Source of the DNA: Octopus sinensis
Lineage: Eukaryota
DNA length: 15,966 nt
Direction: 5' to 3'
Assembly (NCBI RefSeq): GCF_006345805.1
Contig: NW_021825304.1
Coordinates: 1 to 15,966 of the forward strand
Part shown: positions 1 to 9,564 of the stretch, one piece after another
How positions within the stretch are numbered: the stretch's first letter is position 1
Layout: each line of letters opens with the position of its first letter
The notes under the pieces: generated by a model
What the model saw: only the letters and a program-made list of their open reading frames with translations
What the model was told of the DNA's origin: nothing
Databases searched by the model: none
Program-made: the position numbers and the translations under genes

Positions 1-286
1 ATACTGACATGACCACACCACAAATAGGAAATCCCACAAAACGCTGAGAAGATTCCACCAAGTACAGATGCTGTGAGGTTACAAGCAGTGATTATCATGT
101 CTTTTTGCATTTTCATTTTCATAGTCAGCTCAAAACATTATTTTCACGTGAAATCTGAATTTCACTTCCGTCATTTCACTAGCATCATTACTTATACTTT
201 ACTTTAAAAATAGAATGCTGGCTTTTCTTCAGTTTTCATTTCATGTACTTGTAATCATTTTGAATGCTTTGTTTTTATGTTATATG

Positions 287-588
287 CGCCCTTTTCAAGC
301 CTAGCCAGGCTCATGGGCCCGGTTTCCCAGTTTCTGTGGCGTATGTATTCCCCCCAGCTGGACGGGATGCCAGTCCATCGCAGTGTTACTCAAGAAACAG
401 GAAGAGAGAGTGAGAGAAAGTTGGGGCGAAAGAGTAAAACAGGGGTCACCACCACCCGCTCCCGGAGCATCTTGGAGCTTTAGGTGTTTTCGCTCAATAA
501 ACACACACAACGCCCGGTCTTGGAAACCAAATCGCGATCCTCCAACCGCGAGTCCGCTGCCCTAACCACTGGGCCATCGCGCTTCCAC
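287..588 (-). mobile_element. tRNA-derived SINE, family A, tail type 1
   Basis: The reverse complement begins gtggaagcgcgatggcccagtggttagggcagcggactcgcgg (Pol III A-box-like, degenerate B box). It is closely similar to 5133-5431 along its whole length and to 1246-1443 over the 5' ~195 bp. Confidence 0.9.
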
Positions 589-1245
589 TCTTTGTTCGCG
601 CCTCTACTCCTTGTTTTTATACTTTATATAAAAACTAATATCTGTATAGTAAGAAAAAATACGATAAAAATGCCGTATGTGTACTGTAATCTCATAATCA
701 AAGCATGGCATCCAAAGCTTTCTGATGGTATTATATATAAAAGTATTAAAAATTCATATGAAATTAGATTCTGGGTATATAAATCTGTGTGTGTGCCTGG
801 AGAATTAATACCAAATCAGCAAACACCCCAGGCCAGTGAATTTTCTAAGTCGTTCACTGTCTTCTGCTAAATCACCTCTCAACTGAATATCAACATAGCA
901 TAACTGGTAAAATTGCGCACTTAACAGAATAAACAATCTGAGTTAACAAGATTCGTAATAAATAATTTCTGGTTAGCATTTTCAGAAATTAACTTGTTGG
1001 TATTAACTTGCTTACTGAGTGGTTAACCACTTTGTTAACAAGCATAGTGTATTTCCTTTAATCACATAATACAATTAGGTGTAAATGCTTTAACTAACAT
1101 TTTTATAATCAAATATACTTATCATGTTTGATTAGCCTAATTCATTAACAACTTAATATACACAGGAAAATTTCTGGTAATTTTACATACAATAAGAATT
1201 CTAGTTAACAATACTCTTGTCTGTAGAAAGCTAATATCTAACACA

Positions 1246-1624
1246 GTGGAGGCGCAATGGCCCAGTGGTTAGGGCAGCGGACTCGCAGTCGGAGGATCGC
1301 GGTTTCGATTCCCAGATCGAGCATTGTGAGTGTTTATTGAGCGAAAACACCTAAAGCTCCACGAGCTCCGGCAGGGGGTGGTGGTGAACCCTGCTGTACT
1401 CTTTCACCACAACTTTCTCTCGCTCTTTCTTCCTGTTTCCTTGTACCTGTATTTCAAAGGCCAGCCTTGTCACATTCTGTGTGTCACGCTGAATCTCCTC
1501 GAGAACTACGTAAGGGTACACGTGTCTGTGGAGTGCTCAGCCACTTGCACGTTAATATCACGAGCAAGCTGTTCCGTTGATCGTATCAGCTGGGACCCTC
1601 ATCGTCGCAACCGACGGAGTGCTC
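1246..1624 (+). mobile_element. tRNA-derived SINE, family A, tail type 2, with perfect 15-bp target-site duplication
   Basis: A box tggcccagtgg at 1258-1268 and B-box-like ggtttcgattcc at 1301-1312. The identical flanking repeat ctaatatctaacaca at 1231-1245 and 1625-1639 is the TSD. Confidence 0.93.
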
Positions 1625-1993
1625 CTAATATCTAACACAATCACTCAAAATAAGCTCAATTGTTTCTAGTCATATGGTTTTAAAGGGAAAATATTCCTTA
1701 TGACATAACCATCAATCATTATTTATATCTAACCACTAAATAATTACATTAATATAATGAGTATGTTTATTAATTAGGGAGTCCTCCAGAGTTACACACT
1801 ATTGCTATTTCAATTAGTTCTGCTCGACATCAATGATTGCAGATTCTGAATTAGAATTCATAAAATAATTGGATTTACTCAGCAATTAATTATTATGTTC
1901 TGTTAGTCTATTCAGTAAAGCTATCTCTTCGATATGATACGTGTTCGAGTGTGAACGCCCGCTTGTAACTATGTGTGTGCTTGTGCGAAACTA

Positions 1994-2444
1994 TAGGCGT
2001 GGCTGTGTGGTAAGACGCTTGCTTCCAAGTCACATGGTTCTGGGTTCCGTCCCAATACGTGGCACCTTGAGTAAGTGTCTTTAACTATAGCCTATGGCCT
2101 ATCAAAGCCTTGTTGAGTGGATTTGATAAACGGAAACTGAAAGAAGCCCGCCGTATATACGTGTTAGTGTGTGTATGAGTGTATGTATGTGTGTGTGTAT
2201 GTGTGTGTGCGCGTGTGTGTATGTGTGTTTGGTGTTTGTGTTTGTCCCTCATCACGGTTTGATAACCGGTGACTGTCTGTTTACGTCCCCATAACTTAGC
2301 GATTCGACAATGGTGGTCTATAGAATAACCACCAGGCTTTAAAAACATGTACTGGGGTCGATTCATTCGAGTAAAAATAGTTCTACGCGGAGCCCCAGCA
2401 TGGCCGCAGCCTAATGACTGATACAAGTAAAAGCTAAAAGATAA
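1994..2444 (+). mobile_element. tRNA-derived SINE, family B (CORE-SINE-like), full length with internal (TG)n
   Basis: Head gtggctgtgtggtaag...ggttccgtccc, CORE-like gtggcaccttgagtaagtgtctt, internal TG tract, and tail ccccagcatggccgcag..aatgactga..caagtaaaag. Homologous copies lie at 4349-4503, 9071-9448 and 15556-15756. Confidence 0.85.
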
Positions 2445-2650
2445 TATATATGTATATATATATGCATGCATGCATGCATGCATGCATGTATTATTATGTA
2501 TGTATGTATGTATGTATGTATGTATGTATGTATGTATGTATGTATTATGTATGTATGTATGTATGTATGTATGTACGGATGGATGGGATGGGTGGATGGA
2601 TGGATGGATGGATGGATTGATAATATACGCATATATAAATATGTATATAT

Positions 2651-2683
<33 letters not shown>

Positions 2684-2687
2684 TGTA

Positions 2688-2713
<26 letters not shown>
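2445..2713. repeat. Compound microsatellite (TA)/(TGCA)n/(TATG)n/(GGAT)n/(TA)n
   Basis: Directly visible. It explains the MYVC/YIHT pseudo-ORFs in the track. Confidence 0.95.
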
Positions 2714-2733
<20 letters not shown>

Positions 2734-2774
2734 CATATATACACACATTTGTGTAACTGTTTTCCGTATGTATA

Positions 2775-2815
<41 letters not shown>

Positions 2816-2869
2816 CGGAAAAAACAGTTACACATATGTGGTATATATGCATACATATATACATATATA
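2714..2869. repeat. 156-bp near-perfect palindrome with a (TA)n centre
   Basis: The arm 2714-2771 (...atgcatatatacacacatttgtgtaactgtttttccgtatgt) is the reverse complement of 2811-2869, apart from one substitution and two 1-nt indels. Confidence 0.9.
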
Positions 2870-2974
2870 ATGAAAATTATTTTGAGGGAATTGCTTCTGG
2901 AAGTACATATAAGGCTATAAATAGTACCGTGAAAAGCCATTTCTACCAAGACGGTGCCCCAGTAAAAGATAGGG

Positions 2975-3139
2975 GATATGTATACATGTATATATGAATA
3001 TTTATGTCTGCGTGTATACATACACACACACACACATATGTGTGTATGTGTGTGTATACAGATATACACACACATGCACATACATATTTATGCATACATA
3101 TATATGCAAGCACATACACACATATATTCATATCTATCT

Positions 3140-3185
<46 letters not shown>

Positions 3186-3250
3186 CGTCTATATATATAT
3201 ATATCTACATATTTTCTTTTATTCTTTTATGTATATATGTATGTATGTAC
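2975..3250. repeat. Compound microsatellite (CA/TG)n, (ATCT)n, (TA)n
   Basis: Directly visible. Confidence 0.9.
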
Positions 3251-3495
3251 GTAAGTAGAGCTACAACTGCTATCAACATGCTCTAGTTGATCGTAAGAGC
3301 GAAATATTACTTATGTAACGAAAACCTGTATTACGTCACCCGATGAGGTGTTTCCGTATCATGAGATGCACTGTAATTCATTATATAGTTTCCCACCCTC
3401 GAGGGAACGATGCTGGATGTGTCAAAACGATGATTATGAAAAATAAAGTTTCCAGCATACTCTATCTTCGGGATCCCTTATTTCTATTATATATC

Positions 3496-3550
3496 TGTGT
3501 GTGTGTGTGTGTGTGTGTCTGTGTATGTGTGTGTGTGTGTGTGTGTGTGT
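3496..3550. repeat. (TG)n microsatellite
   Basis: Directly visible. Confidence 0.95.
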
Positions 3551-3763
3551 ATACGGCTACAAACCTTTAACGGTTTACAGCCGTTTACTCAACATGCAGA
3601 AATTGAACACGTTTTGTATATCTTAAACTATCTCTGACGAGATTCGTATTAATGATTTTTATTTTAATGATTAATTTTTGAAACAGGTGTAGAGATGTTT
3701 GTCAATAAATTTTTTAATTAATAACTAATAAGTTATAATTATCTCTCTATTTTCATATCTTAC

Positions 3764-3791
3764 TATATATATATATATATATACTATATAT

Positions 3792-3845
<54 letters not shown>

Positions 3846-3942
3846 ATATTATATATATATATACATATACATATATATATATACATATACATATATATAT
3901 ATATATATTATACATATACATATTATATATATACATATACAT

Positions 3943-3990
<48 letters not shown>

Positions 3991-4041
3991 CTATATATAT
4001 ATAATAATATATACACATACATATACAATATATACATATAC

Positions 4042-4072
<31 letters not shown>

Positions 4073-4112
4073 TATATACATATACATATATATATATATA
4101 TATATTATATAC

Positions 4113-4159
<47 letters not shown>

Positions 4160-4348
4160 CAATATTATATATATATATATTATACATATACATATATATA
4201 TATCTATATATATATATATATACATATATATAGATATATAAACATATATATATATACACATAACATATACATATATATATTATATATATATATATACATA
4301 ACTATAATATATATATATATATCTATATACACACCCACATATATATAT
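3764..4348. repeat. About 585-bp imperfect (AT)n/(ATAC) microsatellite field
   Basis: Directly visible. Confidence 0.95.
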
Positions 4349-4503
4349 AGTCGCAGGAGTGGCTGCGTGGTAAGTAGCTTGCTAACAAACCACATGGTTC
4401 CGGGTTCAGTCCTACTGCGTGGCACATTAAGCAAGTGTCTTCTACTATATCCTTGGGACGACCAAGCCTTGTGAGTGAATTTGCTAGACGGAAATTGAGA
4501 GAA
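4349..4503 (+). mobile_element. SINE family B, 5' half
   Basis: gcaggagtggctgcgtggtaagtagcttgc...ggttccgggttcagtcctactgcgtggcacattaagcaagtgtcttctactata aligns with the head and CORE-like part of 1994-2444. Confidence 0.85.
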
Positions 4504-4510
4504 GTTTCTG

Positions 4511-4572
4511 GAACCCGGAACCATGTGGCTGGTAAGCAAGCTACTTACCACCACACAACCACTCCTGCACCT
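4511..4572 (-). mobile_element. SINE family B, isolated tRNA-like head in inverted orientation
   Basis: The reverse complement aggtgcaggagtggttgtgtggtggtaagtagcttgcttaccagccacatggttccgggttc matches 4349-4407. Confidence 0.85.
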
Positions 4573-5031
4573 ATATTCTAATGTTTTGGACTGTTATTCT
4601 TCAGCTCCTGGTCGGCTTGTTCGTAGCTTTTAAATATTTAATCTGCCCGAGAATGTTTTCATGTTTTTCAATGTTTACAGTAGCTAGTTCCATATGCCGA
4701 TATTCCCCCCCCCCCCGATGATGGAAGCGGCAGCGAACGCACTGTTTTCTGATTGGCTGCAAATTCTGAAAATTATCAAACTTTGAATACCGGTAACATT
4801 TTTACAAAATATTTCTGGATTAAATGAATAACAAATTCGGATTTAGCGTCAAGAATTACATCTACATGATACATTAAAAATTCTTTTTTAAAGATAATTG
4901 TAAACAGTGGATAGAATTTCTTTATTTGTGAATTAAGGCTACCATTGGTTTCATGTTAAGAAAAGTAAGAAAATATCCTAGTGTCTTAACAATTTTCCAA
5001 GCCGATCGCATGGAGGAAAAGTGTTCGTCTC

Positions 5032-5065
5032 CATATATATATTTATTTAATATATATATATATAT

Positions 5066-5115
<50 letters not shown>

Positions 5116-5120
5116 ATATA
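5032..5120. repeat. Imperfect (TA)n
   Basis: Directly visible. Confidence 0.9.
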
Positions 5121-5132
5121 AACGATAAACGT

Positions 5133-5431
5133 CGCCCCTTTTCAAGCCTAGCCAGGCTCATGGGCCCGGTTTCCCAGTTTCTGTTGCGTATGTGTTTCCT
5201 CCAGCTGGATGGGACGCCAGTCCATCACAGCGTTTTTACTCAAGAAACAGGAAGAGAGAGTGAGAGAAAGTTGGGGCGAAAGAGTACAACAGGGGTCGCC
5301 ACCACCCCCTGCCGGAGCATCTTGGGGCTTTTAGGTGTTTTCGCTCAATAAACACACACAACGCCCAATCTGGGAATCGAAACCGCGATCCTCCAACCGC
5401 GAGTCTGCTGCCCTAACCACTGAGCCATTGC
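5133..5431 (-). mobile_element. tRNA-derived SINE, family A, tail type 1 (slightly 5'-truncated)
   Basis: Direct-orientation copy of 287-588 with the same tail (cccttttcaagcctagccaggctcatgggcccggtttcccag on the plus strand). Confidence 0.9.
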
Positions 5432-5433
5432 TA

Positions 5434-5570
5434 TCAAGAAGCGGCTGAACAAATTTCTGCCTGAGATACCAGTTGAACTGACATTTCGGAGGGCGCAGAA
5501 AGAAGAACACCTCCATCCAACTCGCTTCTTCACCGGAAACTGTACAGAAAAGACACCCAAACACATACTG
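5434..5570 (+). mobile_element. CR1/L2-group LINE, degenerate 3' ORF2 remnant
   Basis: It translates as KKRLNKFLPEIPVELT..., resembling the FKxxLDKFLxxIPDxP motif at the end of CR1/L2-group ORF2 proteins. Confidence 0.45.
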
Positions 5571-5571
5571 G

Positions 5572-5627
5572 AAGGCGGTGTTCTAGCATGGTCTCCGCCG
5601 CTGGCTAAAACCAATAGAAGATAAAAG
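5572..5627 (+). mobile_element. SINE family B, degenerate tail remnant
   Basis: aaggcggtgttctagcatggtc...agataaaag resembles the family B tail. Confidence 0.5.
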
Positions 5628-6385
5628 TAATACACACACAAGCAACATATACATGCAAGCATAGATACAAGCGTTCGAATACACAAAAGGAAGGAAAGCA
5701 GAACATGTCACGAAAGCAAAATATATTATTCTGAGTGAAAAACCGTTTTATTCAATTATTATATAATCATTCCTTTATTCATACATTTTGTCTTTATTTA
5801 TACATTACTATATTCATTATTTACTTCCATTAATAAATCATTTATTCTTTCATTCTTTCATTCGTCTATCCGTTCATTCCGCCATTCATTGTTTGCTTGT
5901 TTTTTTTTTATTTTTGTGTGTGTGTTTTCCCCCAGCTTTACACGTCAAACATTTCACGTTAGTCATATTTTACATATTAAAACCAATGAACAATCATCAA
6001 CTAAATCATTACTATATTAATTAATTCATCATTAGGCCTAATTTGCTTTCGACTTGCTTCTCTCTTCTCTCTCTCTCTCTCTCTCTCATTTTACTTGTTT
6101 TAATGTTTTGGGCTATTTTTTTTCCTTTTATACTTTCTGATATGTTTTTTTTAAAATTTCTTTTATGTCATTTTTGTTGTCGTTCTTGTGCTATCATATT
6201 TCGCTCACTCTTCAATTTGGTTTCAATTTTCAATAAAATTTTAATAGTCCATGTCTTCAAATAATTTTAAGAATTGCGCAGTAATTTTCTTCATGCATTA
6301 GACAGAAACACACAATTCACGTTGCTGTTATGGAATATTGTTTGTCAGTTTGTTGTTGTTGTTTGTTGTTATCGTTATTACAGCT

Positions 6386-6575
6386 TAGGGAGCTGGTCAA
6401 GCAATTGGTGACTGATAGCTGAATGGATGGTGAAAATCGATTCGAGAACCGTATTAAATACCTTGTTCTAGTATTTAATTTACGTTCTAAGCTCAAATAC
6501 CGGTGAGCTTGATTTACCTTTCGTCTCTCAGGAGTCGCTAAAATAGAGCACCAACAATGTATGGTCTGGTTCTCA
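6386..6575 (+). mobile_element. Old, degenerate SINE family C copy
   Basis: ttacgttctaagctcaaatacc..gagcttgatttacctttcgtctctcaggagtcgctaaaatagagcacc is a diverged match to the family C B box plus central domain. Confidence 0.45.
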
Positions 6576-6690
6576 TGGAAGAAATATTTACAATTATATG
6601 ATAGTGTTATTTTTTTTTTCTCTTTTACTCAGCCATTGATATGTTTTGCTTTGTGATTGTAATACAACATTTCTACATTTTTTTGGGCTG

Positions 6691-6692
<2 letters not shown>

Positions 6693-6721
<29 letters not shown>
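6693..6721. repeat. (AT)14 microsatellite
   Basis: Directly visible. Confidence 0.95.
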
Positions 6722-8316
6722 CGTGGAACACGCTGCTTGTTGAGAAAGAGGGTTAAATGTTCAGATAACTTCTTTGCCTTTTCCGTTTTTATATTCGCTC
6801 CTATTTTCATCTTCGTTTACCGAGTTTAAATCACGCCAGCGTTGATTTTTTGCTGTTTATTCCCCGCAGAGGAACAGTTACAGGTACCAGTAATATAAAC
6901 ACGTCCATTTCATTAAACTTGGTCATTAGTTGTAGAATACCATTGTCTCATTGCAATTCTTGAGAAAATATTTTTATTTAAATTATCCATTGAAATGCAC
7001 TTTTTGCGAGTTTTTTTTTACAAATTCATTTTTATTGTCAATATTTGCAGCAGTTGCGGTGAATTGATATTTTTATTAGAATATCCATGAAATATTAGAT
7101 ATTGGTCGTGTAGTTATCAATATCCAAGTTGAGCATCATGGAGGAAAACCTTTATAGGGCCAGATTTGTGATTCCCGATTCATGATTTCGATTTCTAGTG
7201 GTAGTTCAAATGCAGTTATATTTCCCGCAAAAAAGAGAAAAATCAAATCAAAACGAAATTATATCTTAATGAGTCATTGGGTCACATCACCAAGGAAGAT
7301 TCTCAATTGGCTTTATTTGATGTATGAAATTATGAAAGACAAGTCATTTTTGAGTAGGGTGCATGGAGATGGGTGTCCATCCATTTCCAGCCTGTTGAAT
7401 GTAGAGAAAGCAAAAACGAAAAAAAAAAAAAGGTGGGGAAAGAAAAAGAATGAAATAAATCACAGGTCTCGGATAACGAACGAAGTGAAATGTCTTAACC
7501 AGGAATAGAACCTGGTTTGCAAGCTTCGCTCGTTAGAAGTTTATCTTTACTGTACAGTGCTTAGACGGTACCCAATGACCTTGTTACAATATGCTCCACT
7601 CAGAAATGGATATGTTAGAATTTTTCAAAGACAGGAAATTCATAAGGATAGCAAAACTACCCCATTACAATACGAAATCAGTTCATAGTCTGTATATTTC
7701 TTTTATTTGATTTGGTTTTGTTGATGTTGTTATTATTATTGTTGCCGTGTTTTTGTTATGGTTGGTGTTTTAATATTTGTTATGTTTACTGTTGTTTTGT
7801 TATGTGAAGATTTAATCGGAAAATATCGTTCATTGTCAGTGTATGTTGCTCGATAAACAGTTCATTTAAATACATTTACATGCACCTTTATACATCGATA
7901 AACACATACAACATTGAACGGCTTATTTTGATGTAAACCCAGTTTAATGAACGTCCTTTGGTTTTCATTGTTCAAAGAGACTCCATAAAATACGTACCAC
8001 TATTAATACACTTGAGAAGACGTTTTCAAATATGTCGGCTACAAAACGCCCAGCCTGGGTGTCTAGTTCAAAGCAAGAGGGGACGGGAGAAGAGAAGTTA
8101 ATGTGAGGGCAAAACGGAGTAGATCATTTATTTGAGGAGGTGTAGAGAACTGGGGGGGAGGGTTTGGGATAATAAAGTCAGCAATTAATCCCATGTTTAA
8201 TCTGTCCAGCGACTTAATAATTATTTTTTATTTTTACTTTTAAATTATGTTGTCCAGAAATAAATGTCAAAAGAAGCTTTTAATCAACAATGCTTCCTCA
8301 CTGAAAATTATTTTGA

Positions 8317-8578
8317 TGTTGCTGCTGTTGTTGTTGCTGTTGTTTTTTTAGCCCAAGTTCATCCTGTGATTGAGCAGAGCTATGATCAAAGATATTCAAG
8401 CAATGACCATCCCGTCTTATTCCTTTTTTTTCCTATTTTACAGGCAGTGTTCATCCAGGACCATGTGATCCAAATATGTGTCCTTCTTTTTTTAAGATGG
8501 TAGAATGTGATTCGAGGAAAATATTGCTGCTGTTTTTAGCAGATCAAGCTACCAATTAGAAGCTGCTTGGTAATTGAG
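8317..8578 (-). mobile_element. Retroposon 3' tail (family D) ending in (CAA/CAG)n, downstream of the gsc stop codon
   Basis: The minus strand reads aaaaacagcagcaatatttcctcgaatcaca...aaggacacat...gggatggtc...gggctaaaaaaacaacagcaacaac and is homologous to 12620-12803. Confidence 0.65.
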
Positions 8579-8767
8579 TACATCTGCAGTACGAGTTATT
8601 GTTACTTCCCTACGAGAAGTTCAAAAGGTATCAATAAAAATATCAGTGCTTCCTTGAACACAACTGAAGCAACAACAGCAACAACAATAACAAGAAAACA
8701 AACAAGCAATCAAATAAACAAAATGCTTGAAGGAGATTTCACATAAAACAAATATCGCAACATTCCG

Positions 8768-8998
8768 TCATGGTGAAGCCGTACTGGATATTTCTCCAGA
8801 CGCTTGAAGTCCTAATCCCATATCGAGGGAAACACTTTCTGGTACAGGATCCAGACTTAAGACATCAATTCTTTCATCGTCGGTTTTACAAGCATTAGAA
8901 TCGTCTTTATTTGCCAACATGTCTCCATCAATCGTCCCTTTCTGAGATTCTTCTCTCTTTTGCCGCCGCCATTTTGCTCTTCTGTTTTTAAACCAAAC
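8768..8998 (-). CDS. gsc: Goosecoid homeobox gene, last coding exon (homeodomain helix 3 with K50, plus C-terminus)
   Basis: The acceptor tttctttgtctttccgcag (AG at 9000-8999) is followed by VWFKNRRAKWRRQKREESQKGTIDGDMLANKDDSNACKTDDERIDVLSLDPVPESVSLDMGLGLQASGEISSTASP and a TGA at 8770-8768. It joins the upstream exon in frame across a 1407-bp phase-0 intron (10405-8999) at the conserved PRD-class 46/47 position. WFKN gives K50. Confidence 0.95.
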   Translation of the reverse strand, partial: VWFKNRRAKWRRQKREESQKGTIDGDMLANKDDSNACKTDDERIDVLSLDPVPESVSLDMGLGLQASGEISSTASP

Positions 8999-9070
8999 CT
9001 GCGGAAAGACAAAGAAATATTAAATATCTTCAAAATTTGTTTATTTATTTATTTTATTTATTGTGAAAAT

Positions 9071-9448
9071 AGGCACAGGCATAGCTGTCTAGTTAAGAAG
9101 CATGCTTTGAGACTTTGTAGTTTTGGGTTCTATCCCACTGCACGGCACCTTTCACAAATGTCTCCGGCTATAACCCCGGACTAACCAATGAATTTTTAAT
9201 GAATTTGGTAGACAGGAACTGTGTGGAATCCCGTCGTGTGTGTGTGGTGTGTGTGTGTGTGTGTCTGTGCCCCACCAAACACCGCTTGACAACCGGTACC
9301 TCGTACCTAGCGATCAGGCGAAAGAGCATGATAGAATAAGTACCAGACTTTAAAAAGAAAAGCTGAGTACAGGAGCCGATTTGTTTCACTAAACCCTTGA
9401 AAGAAGAGCCGGCCAATGACTGAACCAAGTAAAAAAAAATAAAAGATA
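9071..9448 (+). mobile_element. SINE family B, diverged full-length copy in the gsc homeobox intron (antisense to gsc)
   Basis: Same head, CORE-like segment, (TG)n and tail order as 1994-2444, for example gatagaataagtaccag and aatgactgaaccaagtaaaa. Confidence 0.8.
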
Positions 9449-9564
9449 TGATGAGTAGGGAGAACCGATAGTTAATAGGCGGTTGGGACATTCGTTCAAC
9501 AGCGTCTTTCTGTGGTGCATCTAAAGTATATCAGTTCTTCAGGATTCACTTCTTATATTATATA

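Noticed and set aside
1246-1320. tRNA-like sequence
   Set aside because: It has A and B boxes but no proper acceptor stem, continues into a SINE body and is bounded by a TSD. It is a SINE head, not a tRNA gene.
277-1635. ORFs 277-483, 301-510, 383-565, 1330-1635 and the similar 5160-5351
   Set aside because: Their mutual similarity comes from lying inside copies of the same SINE. They are not a gene family.
2085-4554. Long ORFs rich in Y/I/M/C/V/H in the supplied track (up to 219 aa)
   Set aside because: They are translations of (TA)n, (TATG)n, (TG)n and (ATCT)n microsatellites, which lack stop codons in some frames.
4590-5030. Possible DNA-transposon or Helitron remnant with a C12 run and a CTAG
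   Set aside because: It looks repeat-derived, but I could not define termini, a hairpin, a TSD or a second copy in the window.
6900-7700. Non-repetitive-looking block including ORF 7182-7508
   Set aside because: There is no recognisable domain or convincing splice structure, the ORF includes a poly-A run, and it cannot be classified from sequence alone.
7620-8075. Three TCF/LEF-like CTTTGAA sites downstream of gsc
   Set aside because: They are tempting given Wnt control of gsc in other animals, but this short AT-rich motif is only mildly above chance and there is no conservation evidence.
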